64,000 nt of DNA from Alphaproteobacteria bacterium (GTDB taxonomy: Bacteria > Pseudomonadota > Alphaproteobacteria > JAAXGF01). Numbering within the stretch: the first letter of the stretch is position 1; each line of letters opens with the position of its first letter. The stretch is taken from NCBI GenBank assembly GCA_963555825.3, contig CAUVXB020000001.1:1792001-1856000 (forward strand), written 5' to 3'. The notes beneath the pieces were generated by a model. The model was not told the DNA's origin. It did not search any database and worked only from the letters and a program-made list of their open reading frames with translations. Shown here piece after piece: positions 31,617 to 43,012 of this stretch. The position numbers and the translations under genes were made by a program.

Positions 31617-32892
31617 TGACCTGCCCCCCAAAACCTGGCCCAGGCGGAATGTTAGTCTTGGGCCGTTGGAGAGGAGGTCAAGATGCCACGGAAGCGACAT
31701 ACCGCGGAACAGATCATCAGCAAGCTGCGTGAGGCTGAAGTCGGCCTGGCGAGCGGTCACACGGTGCCCGAAGTGTGCCGGACCTTGGGCATCGCCGAGC
31801 AGACGTACTATCGGTGGCGCAAGGAGTACGGCGGCCTGAAGGTTGGGCAGGCCCGACGCTTCAAGGAGCTCGAGCGGGAGAACACACATCTCAGGCGAGC
31901 CGTCGCCGATCTGACGCTGGATAAACTGATCCTGAAGGAAGCCGCCGAGGGAAACTTCTAAGCCCCGAGCGTCGCCGGCGCTGTGTTGAGCATGTCTGCA
32001 CACGATATGGATTACCCGAGCGCCGGGTGTGCCAGGTCATCGGACAGCCACGCTCGACGCAACGCTATCGACGTGTCGGGGCTGACGATGAGGCGGCGCT
32101 CACCGAGGCGATCGTGCGGCTAGCCAGTGAGTATGGCCGCTACGGCTATCGCCGGGTCACGGCGCTGCTCCGCGGAGAGGGTTGGCACGTGAACCACAAG
32201 CGGGTCGAACGCATCTGGCGACGGGAGGGGCTGAAGGTGCCTGTAAAGCAACCCAAGAGAGGCCGACTGTGGCTCAACGACGGGTCCTGCATCCGTCTGC
32301 GGCCGAGCTGGCCGAACCATGTCTGGGCCTATGACTTCGTCATGGCCCGCACACACGATGGCAGGACGTTCCGCATGCTGACGATCATCGACGAGTGGAC
32401 CAGGGAGTGCCTGGCGATCGACGTCGCCCGGCACCTGCGATCCGACGACGTGCTGTATCGCCTGGCGGCACTGTTCGTCGACCGGGGGCCACCGGACCAC
32501 ATCCGCTCGGACAACGGCAGCGAGTTCACCGCCAAGGCCGTCCGTGACTGGCTGGCGAGAGTCGGTGTGACGACGCTCTACATCGCGCCGGGGAGTCCCT
32601 GGGAGAACGGCTACAACGAATCATTCAACGGCAAGCTCGGAGACGAGCTGCTCGACGGTGAGATATTCTACTCGCTCAAGGAGGCTCAGGTGTTGATCGA
32701 GCGATGGCGGCATCACTACAACACGGTCAGGCCGCACAGTGCGCTGGGCTATACACCCCCGGCACCACAGACCATCGTGCCCAAATGGACTGATCCGGCC
32801 TTCGCTATTGATGGGCTACAGCCGGATCAGCCCTTCCCAGAAACCGTGCCAGGACTAACATAGGAACTGGTACATAGAATGGGGGCAGGCCA
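31617..32892 (+). mobile_element. IS3-family (IS407-group) element, complete (1276 bp)
   Basis: IRs TGACCTGCCCCC / GGGGGCAGGCCA; no TSD. Confidence 0.93.
31683..32863 (+). CDS. IS3 transposase OrfAB (orfA 31683-31961, -1 frameshift at GGGAAAC)
   Basis: [15 protein letters not shown]; DDE motifs in orfB. Confidence 0.9.
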
Positions 32893-33139
32893 ATGCGGTC
32901 TGGTTGTTCGATTTCCAGTCGCCGTAGGGCATGCCGTAGACGATCTCGCGCGCCGCGTCGTAGCCGAGCGTCACGCCGCGTTCGGCGGCCGCCGCGTCGT
33001 ACCATTTCGCCAGGCAGTTGCGGCAGAATCCGGCCAGCGTCATGAGGTCGATGTTCTGCACGTCGGAGCGCTCGCGGAAATGGTGCACCAAGCGGCGAAA
33101 CGCCGCGGCCTCGACCTCCGTGCGCGTCTTTTCGTCCAT
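32893..33139 (-). pseudogene. DUF1244-family protein, C-terminus clipped by IS3
   Basis: EAAAFRRL...DVQNIDLMTLAGFCRNCLAKWY...YGMPY; the ORF runs into the IS right end. Confidence 0.85.
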
Positions 33140-33177
33140 CGGAACTCCTCGCTTGTCGTGCCTACGGATAGTCTACC

Positions 33178-34323
33178 TCAGCCGGCGTCGAGGCCGTTAA
33201 CGGTATCGGCGACCAGATGGTCGACCACCGCGCGCAACGCCTCTTGCGCGTCGGCGCCGGCATCGCGGGCGGCGCGAAAGACCTCGAGCTGGCGGTCGGC
33301 GCTGGTGCCGCGCGCGGTGATCTCGCGGGCGTGCTCGAGCTCGGCGACGCAGTCGAGCCGCTCGGCGTCCTCGCGCACCAGGTCGATCAACTCGTCGACC
33401 AGGTCGGCGAAATCGACCAGTTCGCCCTTGCCGAAATCGACCAGCGAGCCCTCGACGCCGTAGCGCTGGGCGCGCCAGCGGTTCTCGTTGACCAGAATGC
33501 GCGGGTAGATGCGCCAGCACTGGTTGTTGCAGCGCAGGCGGTAGAGCATGCTGAGTATGCATTGAGTCATCGCCGCAACGGTGACCGCGTCGTCGAGCCG
33601 CGTGCAGACGTCGGCGATGCGCATCTCGAGCGTCGGATAGCGCGCGCTCGGGCGCATGTCCCACCACAGCTTGGTGGCGTCCTCGATCAGCCCGGCGCCG
33701 ACCATCTGGCCGGCCATCCGCTCGAACTCGGCGAAGCTCTCGTAACGGTCGGGCAGGCCGGTCCGCGGCAGGGCGTCGAACACGGTCAAGCGGTACGACT
33801 TCAGCCCGGTGTCCTCGCCGCCCCAGAACGGCGACGAGGTCGAGAGCGTCAGAAGATGCGGCAGGAAATAGGCCATCTGATTTAAGAGGTCGATGCGCAG
33901 GTCGTCGTCGGCGATGCCGACGTGGACGTGCATGCCGCAGATGAGCAGGCGCCGCGCGACGCCCTGCAGGTCGCGCGCGATGACCTCGTAGCGCTCCTTG
34001 GCGACGTGCTGCTGGTCCTGCCAGCGGGCGAACGGGTGCGTCGAGGCGGCGATCGGCGCCAGACCGTGATGCGCCGCGGCCTGGGCGACCATGGCGCGCA
34101 GATGGGCCAGGTCGGCGCGCGCCTCGCGCACGGTCTTGAACGGCCGCGTGCCCACCTCGACCTGGGCGCGCATCAACTCGGGGCTGACCTGACCCTCAAG
34201 CAGCGTCTCGCATTCGGCCATCAGCGAGGCCGGAGGATCGGACGCCAGGTCGCCGGTCTCGCGGTCGACGAGCAGATACTCCTCCTCGATGCCAACGGTG
34301 AAGGCCGGCGCGGCGATCGCCAT
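33178..34323 (-). CDS. ybdK: Carboxylate-amine ligase (YbdK, glutamate-cysteine ligase family 2)
   Basis: FTVGIEEEY, ASTHPF, CGMHVHVG, SSPFW, WWDMRP, TLEMRIAD. Confidence 0.9.
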   Translation of the reverse strand: MAIAAPAFTVGIEEEYLLVDRETGDLASDPPASLMAECETLLEGQVSPELMRAQVEVGTRPFKTVREARADLAHLRAMVAQAAAHHGLAPIAASTHPFARWQDQQHVAKERYEVIARDLQGVARRLLICGMHVHVGIADDDLRIDLLNQMAYFLPHLLTLSTSSPFWGGEDTGLKSYRLTVFDALPRTGLPDRYESFAEFERMAGQMVGAGLIEDATKLWWDMRPSARYPTLEMRIADVCTRLDDAVTVAAMTQCILSMLYRLRCNNQCWRIYPRILVNENRWRAQRYGVEGSLVDFGKGELVDFADLVDELIDLVREDAERLDCVAELEHAREITARGTSADRQLEVFRAARDAGADAQEALRAVVDHLVADTVNGLDAG

Positions 34324-35145
34324 TCAGGCCTCGGCGGCGCGGTAGATGGCGGGGTCGGCGAGCGGGACGGCGAACGCCGCCGCCATGATGTTGGCCCAGG
34401 CCTCGGCGCCGTGATGCGTGTCAATCAGGTCCTGACGGATTTCGATGGTGACATGCGGCCGATAGGGCGGCAGCGCGTGCGCGGGGATCGAATAGGGCAT
34501 CGGCGCACGGCCCGAATAGGGCTCGTTGTCGCCGACCGAGATCGACGGGTCGGCGGCCAGCGCCGCGATGACCGGCAGCGGCATGCGGCCGTCATCGATC
34601 CACAGAACACCGACATGCCAGGGCCGCTCGTAGCCGTCCATCACCGGGGTGAAACTGTGCATCGAGATCACCGCGGCGGGGCCACCGTGCCGCGCGTCGA
34701 CGCGCGCGATCGTCTCGTCGACCGCCTCGTGGTAGGGCGTGAAGCAGGCCGCCCGGCGCGCCGCCAAGTCGGCCTCGCCGAGCACTCGGTTGCCCGGCAC
34801 CTCGACGCCGTCGCTGACGCGCGGGATCGAGCTGGTTTCGCCGGCCGGCCGGTTGCAATCGATCACCAGCCGCGAATAGCCGGCCAGCACGGCGGGCGCG
34901 TCGAGCAGCGCGGCGAGCCGCCGGGTGACGTCGGCGGCGCCAATGTCCCAGCCGATGTGCCGCTTGATGACGGCGCCGTCGAGGCCGAGGCCGTCGAGCG
35001 CCGCCGGCACCCGACAGCTCGCGTGATCGCAGAACAGCACGACGCGCGCCCGGCCGTCCGCGTTGACGACCTCGAAGGGCGGCGGATCGTCGGCGCCGAG
35101 TAGCGCCGGGCGCGGCGTTTCGAGCTGGACGACGTCGGCGGTCAT
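34324..35145 (-). CDS. N-formylglutamate amidohydrolase
   Basis: CDHAS, HIGWDIGA, YSRLVIDCNR, SMHSFTP, GDNEPY, IEIRQDLI. Confidence 0.9.
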   Translation of the reverse strand: MTADVVQLETPRPALLGADDPPPFEVVNADGRARVVLFCDHASCRVPAALDGLGLDGAVIKRHIGWDIGAADVTRRLAALLDAPAVLAGYSRLVIDCNRPAGETSSIPRVSDGVEVPGNRVLGEADLAARRAACFTPYHEAVDETIARVDARHGGPAAVISMHSFTPVMDGYERPWHVGVLWIDDGRMPLPVIAALAADPSISVGDNEPYSGRAPMPYSIPAHALPPYRPHVTIEIRQDLIDTHHGAEAWANIMAAAFAVPLADPAIYRAAEA

Positions 35146-35528
35146 GGTCGCCACTATAGCGCAAACGGCGGCCAGCGCGAGGCGTTCGAAGCGCCGATCG
35201 GGTGCCCAGCCCGGCCTTCTCACCATGGACAGATGCGGCACGGCGGATATCGGACGACAGGCTAGGAAAAGCGCGCGGTGCGATGCTTTCGCATCGGGCA
35301 AGCGCTTTGACGCCGCCTGTCGTCCGAGATCCGCCGCCCTTAAGGGTCGCGCCGGGCGGGCCGCCCGCGGCGTCGAAGGCCTTGACCGTGGCCCAGGCCA
35401 CGCTCGGCGGCCTTCTCCTGGCGGATCGGCGATCCGCCCGACGCGATGACGCGCCTGTCCATGGCGAGAAATCCGGGCTAGCCGGCCCGGCTTGTACGTC
35501 GCCCGCGCCACCCCTACAATCCGCCCGC

Positions 35529-36793
35529 ATGTCCAGCCCGACGACCGCCCCGCGCACGTTTCTGCGCGCCTTGTTCGACACCGCCGTCGCGGCCGTCGAC
35601 CCGGCGCATTGCGTGCCACCGGCGCTGCCCGAGCCGCCCGCCGGGCGCACCGTCGTGGTCGGCGCCGGTAAGGCGGCGGCGATGGCGCGCGCGGTCGAGG
35701 ACCACTGGTCCGGACCGCTTTCCGGCCTCGTCGTCACGCGTTACGGCCACGCCGTCGCGACCCGCGCGATCGAGGTGGTCGAGGCCGCGCACCCGGTGCC
35801 CGCGACGCCGCCGGCCGCGCCGCCGCCGGGCGCATCCTCGACGCGGTGCGGCAGCTCGGCGCCGACGACCTCGCGCTGTGTCTGATCTCGGGCGGCGGCT
35901 CGGCGCTGCTGGCGCTGCCGGCCGAGGGCGTCGCGCTCGCCGACAAGCAGGCGCTCAACCGCTCGCTTTTGCGCGCCGGCGCGACGATCGGCGAGATCAA
36001 CTGCGTGCGCAAGCATCTTTCAGGCATCAAGGGCGGCCGGCTAGCCGCCGCCGCGGCGCCGGCGCGCGTCGTCGCATTGCTGATCTCCGACGTGCCGGGC
36101 GATGACCCGTCGATCATCGCATCGGGCCCGACGGTGGCCGATCCGTCATGCTTCGCCGACGCCCTCGCGGTGCTCGACCGATACGCCATCGAGACGCCGC
36201 TGCGCGGCTTTCTCGAGGCGGCCGATGACGAGACGCCCAAGCCGGGCGACCCACGGTTGGCGCGCGCCGAGACCCGGCTGATCGCGCGCCCCTCCGATGC
36301 GCTCGACGCCGCCGTTGCCGCCGCGCGGGCCGCCGGCTACACGCCGCACGTCCTGGGCGACAGCCTCGAGGGCGAAGCGCGCGAGGCCGCCACCAAGCAC
36401 GCCGAACTCGCCCGTCAGGCAGTCGCCAGCGGCCGAACGGCCGCGATCATCTCGGGTGGCGAATTTACCGTCACCATCAAGGGCGCCGGGCGCGGCGGGC
36501 CGAACGCCGAATACGCGCTGGCGCTGGCGCTCGCGCTCGACGGCTTGGCGGGCGTCCACGCCATCGCCTGCGACACCGACGGCATCGACGGCACCGAGGA
36601 CAATGCCGGCGCGGTGATCGGCCCCGAGACTCTAACGCGCGCCGCCGCGCTCGGCATCGATGTCGCGGCGCGGCTCGCCGACAACGACGCCTACGGCTTC
36701 TTCGAAGCGCTCGGCGACCTGGTCGTCTCGGGCCCGACGCTGACCAACGTCAACGACTTCCGCTGCATCCTGATATCCCCTGGCACGGCCTAG
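35529..36793 (+). pseudogene. Glycerate 2-kinase (TtuD/MOFRL family), frameshifted
   Basis: GAGKAA, EAAHPVP, ISGGGSAL, GGRLA, SDVPGDD, TDGIDG, GPTLTNVND; 2 extra bases near 35801 (CCC-GC-GAC). Confidence 0.88.
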
Positions 36794-36803
36794 GCCCGCG
36801 CGC

Positions 36804-37975
36804 TAATACCATCGAGCATTGAAGGAGACTCATTTAGGGGATTCCCAAACGGCAAGAAGTCTGAATCAATGAGGCGAACTGATACGGAGGTTCGCTATGG
36901 GCAGAGCGGTTGCGTTACGGGAAGATTTTGATGGTCCGGCGCTTCGGCGGTTAGCCAAGGCGTCGAAGGATGCTGGACAGAGCCGGCGGCTTCTTGCGCT
37001 GGCTGAGATTTACGATGGTGGCCGTCGCACGGAGGCGGCGCGGATCGGTACTGTCGGGCTCCAGGTGGTCCGTGACTGGGTTCTCCGTTTCAACGCCAAG
37101 GGGCCGGATGGTCTGATTGACGGCAAGGCGACAGGCAAGCCGGCCAAGCTCAATGACAGGCAGCGACAAGCGCTCGCTCGGCTTGTTGAGAGCGGACCGA
37201 TTCCGGCGATCCACGGTGTCGTGCGTTGGCGCCGAAAGGACCTGGCGCATTGGATATTCGAAGAGTTCCGCATTTCGGTTGATGAGACGACGGTGGGCCG
37301 TGAATTGAGGGCGCTGGGGTTTCGCAAGATATCGGCGCGACCACGCCACAAGGGGCAGAACGAGTTTGCCGTCGAGGATTTAAAAAAAACTTCCCCGCCG
37401 GGTTGGGGGAGATCCGAGCCAGGCTCCCGGCCAACACCGCGATAGAAATTTGGTGGCAAGATGAGGCCCGGGTCGGCCAGAAAACCATGCTCACCCGGCG
37501 CTGGGCGCGACGCGGCAGCCGACCCACGGCGCTCCGGGACCAACGCACGAAGTCGGCCTATATCTTTGGTGCCATCTGTCCCGCGCGCGGTGTCGGTGCG
37601 GGCCTTGTCCTGCCCCGCTGCAACACTCAGGCCATGCAATGGCATCTTGATGAAATCTCGGCCCTGGTGACACCAGGCGCTCACGCTGTACTCATCATCG
37701 ACCGGGCCGGATGGCACACCACCGGCAGGCTCGAGATCCCATCCAACATCACATTGATGTTCTTGCCACCAAGAGCGCCCGAGCTGAACCCCGTCGAAAA
37801 CATATGGCAGTTCATGCGCGATAACTGGCTTTCCAACAGGATATTCAAGACCTACGACGATATCGTCGCGCTGTGTTGCGAAGCCTGGAACAGGCTCATC
37901 GATCAACCCTGGAAGATCATGTCGATCGGACGCCGAAAATGGGCCCATGGGTTCTGATTAATGCCCGTTGGTATA
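36804..37975 (+). mobile_element. IS630-family element 2
   Basis: TA flanks; ends ATACCATCG / CGTTGGTA; lies between the glycerate kinase gene and pyk. Confidence 0.88.
36897..37957 (+). CDS. IS630 transposase (frameshift at A-run ~37385)
   Basis: WWQDEARVGQK, DRAGWH, PPRAPELNPVE. Confidence 0.88.
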
Positions 37976-37998
37976 AGCTGGCGCGGGGATAGGGAAAC

Positions 37999-39429
<1,431 letters not shown>

Positions 39430-39661
39430 CAGACGGCGAGTAGATCGTCCGCGCCGATGCACCGTCTGGCGCGCCGTGTCGCCATTGCGCACGGCATTCA
39501 CGGCATTCACGAGCCAAAGTGCACCTAAGCCGCATATCAGGTATACAAGGTGTTTATAAGGTGTCAGACACCATTATAATTACATATAGTTAATATGATA
39601 AAAAGGAGTCTGACCCCTTAATAAATATAACTCTGGTACCCATCATCGACCGCAAAAAGAG

Positions 39662-40216
39662 CTAGATCGCCTCGCCCTTGAGCTTTTCGCGCAGCAGCTC
39701 GATGCGTTTCTCGATCATCGGCATATTGGGATTGACCTCGAACGCGCGTTCGAACCATTCGAGCGCGCGTGCGTCGTCCTCGAGCGCGGTGTAGATCAGC
39801 CCCATGCCCGACAGCGCGCCGAAGTGGCGCGGCTCGAGGCGCAGCGTCGCCTCGACGTCGCGCACCGACGCCGGATACTCCTCGATCAGGTAATAGACCG
39901 TGGCGCGCTTGTTCCAGCCCTCGGCGAAGTCGGGCGCCGCCTCGATGATGGCGTCGAAGCTTTCGAGCGCGGTGTCGAACTGGCCGTTGCCCATGGCGGC
40001 GACGCCGAGCGTCATCAGCTCGTCGATCGTCGCGCTGCCCGATTCGGTCCAGATTCGCCAGATCGTGCCCTCGATACGGCGCGCCGTCTCGCGGTCGTCG
40101 CTCGCCAGCAGCTGCTCGAACAAGGCGTCGAGGCGCGGGTCGTCCTGGCGCGCCTCGGCCGGCGCACCGGCGGCAAACGCCCAAAGCACAGCAATGACGA
40201 GAATCCGGCGCATCAT
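39662..40216 (-). CDS. Exported tetratricopeptide-repeat protein
   Basis: Signal peptide; PDFAEGWNKRATVYY, LEPRHFGALSGMG. Confidence 0.85.
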   Translation of the reverse strand: MMRRILVIAVLWAFAAGAPAEARQDDPRLDALFEQLLASDDRETARRIEGTIWRIWTESGSATIDELMTLGVAAMGNGQFDTALESFDAIIEAAPDFAEGWNKRATVYYLIEEYPASVRDVEATLRLEPRHFGALSGMGLIYTALEDDARALEWFERAFEVNPNMPMIEKRIELLREKLKGEAI

Positions 40217-40313
40217 GGCAAAGGAATATAGCGCCCGACCCCGCCCCGGGCTAGACCCTAGGTGTTTAGTCCCGGCATCTGATGAATGAGATAGGTCGGA
40301 CTAAACCAGCCCG

Positions 40314-40438
40314 TGCCAATCTTATCCCAACAAGAGGGGGGCCGCCGACCGTTCGGCCAGATTTGATCTCATAAGAACGGCTTGATCCCATAAGATTGGC
40401 ATGCGCGGCGATTGAGCGCAGGTCACCGAAGGTGACCG
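40314..40438. repeat. Palindromic intergenic repeat (REP/MITE-like); inverted partner at 45001-45082
   Basis: 40392-40438 is the reverse complement of 45001-45047 (46/47); 40339-40360 is the reverse complement of 45061-45082. Confidence 0.85.
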
Positions 40439-40447
40439 CACAAATCC

Positions 40448-41755
40448 TTAGGATATCAATTCTTCGGGACCCAGCGCTCGGGGCCGCGGACCGCCGGTCG
40501 CCCAGTCGACCAACTCGACGGTGTGGACGACCGGCATCCGCGCCGCGCCGGCGAGCTGGGTGATGCAGCCGATGTTGCCGGCGGCGACGACCGATGCGCC
40601 GGTCGCCCGAAGGTTGGCGACCTTGCGCTCGCGCAGGCCCTGGGCGAGCGCCGGCTGCATCAGGTTGTAGGTGCCCGCCGAGCCGCAGCAGAGATGGCCC
40701 TCGGCGACCTCGCGCAGATCGAAGCCGGCGGCCCGGAGCACCTGCCTGGGCTCGGCGGTGACGCGCTGGCCGTGCTGCAGCGAGCAGGCGTCATGGTAGG
40801 CGACGACCGGCCGGGGCGCATCACTGGCCTGGGGCGCGATGTCGAGCCCGGCGAGCACCTCGCTGACGTCCTTGGCGAGTGCCGAGACCGTGGCCGCGCG
40901 CTCGGCCCACGCCGCGTCGCCGCGCAGCATGTGGCCATAGTCCTTGACCGTGGTGCCGCAGCCCGAGGCGTTGATGACGATGGCGTCGAGCCCGGCGCCG
41001 TCGATCTCGGCGCACCAGGCGGCGATGTTGGCCTTGGCGGCGTCGTGCGCTGCTTCGGTGCGGCCCATGTGGTGGACCAGCGCGCCGCAGCAGCCGATGC
41101 CTCGCGCCACCACCACCTCGCAGCCCAGGCGGGTCAGTACGCGCACCGTCGCCTCGTTGATCTCCGGCGCCAGCACCTGCTGGGCGCAGCCCGAGAGCAG
41201 CGCGACGCGCTTGCGCCGCGCGCCGGCTGCCGGGAAGACCTGCGGCGTATCGACGCGCGAGGCGCCCGGAATGCGCCCCGGCGCGAGCCCCGCCATGGCG
41301 CCGAGCCGGCCCGGCAGCAGCCGCGCGAAGGGCTTGAGTACCAGCGCGCCGAGCAGCGCGAGGCGGAACAGGCGAGGGCTCGGCAGCACCCGGGCGAGCA
41401 TGTCGCGCAGGCGCCGGTCGAGCCACGGCCGCCGGTAGGTCTTCTCGATATAGCCACGCGCGTGGTCGACCAGATGCATGTAGTCGACGCCCGACGGGCA
41501 GGTCGTCACACAAGCCAGGCAGGACAGGCAGCGGTCGATGTGGGTCACCACCTTCTTCGACGCCGGCCGGCCGTCCTCGAGCATGTCCTTGATGAGATAG
41601 ATGCGCCCGCGCGGGCTGTCGAGCTCGTCGCCGAGCAGCACATAGGTCGGACAGGTCGCCGTGCAGAACCCGCAATGCACGCATTTGCGCAGGATCCCGT
41701 CGGCCTCCGCGATGTCCGGATCGGCGAGCTGCGCCAGCGTGAAGTTGGTCTGCAT
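40448..41755 (-). CDS. glcF: Glycolate oxidase iron-sulfur subunit
   Basis: MQTNF, CVHCGFCTATCPTY, DSPRGRIYLIK, CLSCLACVTTCPSGV, CCG domains. Confidence 0.95.
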   Translation of the reverse strand: MQTNFTLAQLADPDIAEADGILRKCVHCGFCTATCPTYVLLGDELDSPRGRIYLIKDMLEDGRPASKKVVTHIDRCLSCLACVTTCPSGVDYMHLVDHARGYIEKTYRRPWLDRRLRDMLARVLPSPRLFRLALLGALVLKPFARLLPGRLGAMAGLAPGRIPGASRVDTPQVFPAAGARRKRVALLSGCAQQVLAPEINEATVRVLTRLGCEVVVARGIGCCGALVHHMGRTEAAHDAAKANIAAWCAEIDGAGLDAIVINASGCGTTVKDYGHMLRGDAAWAERAATVSALAKDVSEVLAGLDIAPQASDAPRPVVAYHDACSLQHGQRVTAEPRQVLRAAGFDLREVAEGHLCCGSAGTYNLMQPALAQGLRERKVANLRATGASVVAAGNIGCITQLAGAARMPVVHTVELVDWATGGPRPRALGPEELIS

Positions 41756-41785
41756 TGCGCGCCTAGCCCGGAATTCTCGCCATGG

Positions 41786-43012
41786 CTAAACTCCCGCGTA
41801 CATGCGGCCGGGGTTGAGGATGCGGCGCGGGTCGAAGCCGTCTTTTACGCGCCGGGTGAGATCGGCGAGCGCCGATTCCTGGGGCTGGAACACGGCGAAT
41901 CCGCCGCGCAGGCCGGCGTCGGCGCGCACCAGCGTCGCGTGGCCGCCGGTCTCGGCAACGGCATCGCGCACCGTCGCCGCGCCACCGTCGTCGGACGCCG
42001 CCAGCGAGAGCCACACCAGACCGCCGCCCCAGTCGAAGAAGGCTTCCGCGTCGACCGCGGCGGCGATGCGCGCGACCACCGCGGCGCCCTCGGTCGGCGG
42101 CAGCGAGAGCCGCCAGACGACGCGATCGTCATCGCCCGTAAGCGGCGCGGCGTCGCGCAGCTCGCGCCACAGCGTCGCCGAATTCATGCCGTGCAGTTCC
42201 TCGACCGTGCCGCCGCCGGTCGCCAACAGCGCGCGCAGCGCCTGGCAGCGGTGCTCGGTCGACGCCGCCGGGCCCTCGACGCGCACCGCGGTGACCGCGG
42301 CGCCGGGGTCGGCGACGTAACTGACTGCCGAGCGGGCGGCGAGCGCGGCGGGCAGATGCGCCGCCGAGGCGACCTCGTGCGGGCTGGCGAGCGCGGCGCG
42401 CATCGCATCGCCCGCCGCGGCGTCGTCGAGGCCGTAGACCAGCACGGTGCGCGTCTTCTCGGGCGCCGGCAGCACCTTGAAGGTCAGCTCGGTCATCACC
42501 ACGAGCGTGCCCCAGGATCCGGCGAACAGCTTGCACAGGTCGTAGCCGGTGACGTTCTTGACCACCCGGCCGCCGGCCTTGATCGCCTCGCCGCGCCCGG
42601 TGATCGCCTGGACGCCGAGGAAATGGTCGCGCGCCGCGCCGGCCTTGACGCGACGCGGGCCCGAGAGGTTGCAGGCGAAGACGGCGCCGATCGTGCCGGC
42701 CGCCGCGTCGCCGCCCATCAGCGGTCCGAGGTCGGGCGGCTCGAAGGCGAGCTGCTGGTCGTGCTCGGCGAGCAGCGCCTCGATCTCGGCCAACGGCGTG
42801 CCGGTCCGGGCGCTCATGACCAGCTCGGCGGGTTCGTAGAGCGTGACCCCGGCGAGACCCGAGACGTCGAGCAGATGGGCCGCCTGGACCGGCCGGCCGA
42901 GCCCGCGCTTGGTGCCTGCGCCGACGATCTCGAGCGGCGCTGCCTCGGCCACTGCCCATTCGACCGCCTCGCGCGCCGCCTCGGCGTCGCCCGGCGTCAG
43001 CACCTCGGTCAT
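41786..43012 (-). CDS. glcE: Glycolate oxidase FAD-binding subunit
   Basis: YEPAELV, LAFEPP, SGPRR, GGRVVKNVTGYDL, FDPRRILNPGRM. Confidence 0.93.
   Translation of the reverse strand: MTEVLTPGDAEAAREAVEWAVAEAAPLEIVGAGTKRGLGRPVQAAHLLDVSGLAGVTLYEPAELVMSARTGTPLAEIEALLAEHDQQLAFEPPDLGPLMGGDAAAGTIGAVFACNLSGPRRVKAGAARDHFLGVQAITGRGEAIKAGGRVVKNVTGYDLCKLFAGSWGTLVVMTELTFKVLPAPEKTRTVLVYGLDDAAAGDAMRAALASPHEVASAAHLPAALAARSAVSYVADPGAAVTAVRVEGPAASTEHRCQALRALLATGGGTVEELHGMNSATLWRELRDAAPLTGDDDRVVWRLSLPPTEGAAVVARIAAAVDAEAFFDWGGGLVWLSLAASDDGGAATVRDAVAETGGHATLVRADAGLRGGFAVFQPQESALADLTRRVKDGFDPRRILNPGRMYAGV

Noticed and set aside
2312-32892. IS21+IS3 tandem as a repeated compound unit (2312-9226 and 29325-32892)
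   Set aside because: Different IS21 types and opposite junction logic: IS21 cuts IS3 in the first, IS3 cuts istB in the second
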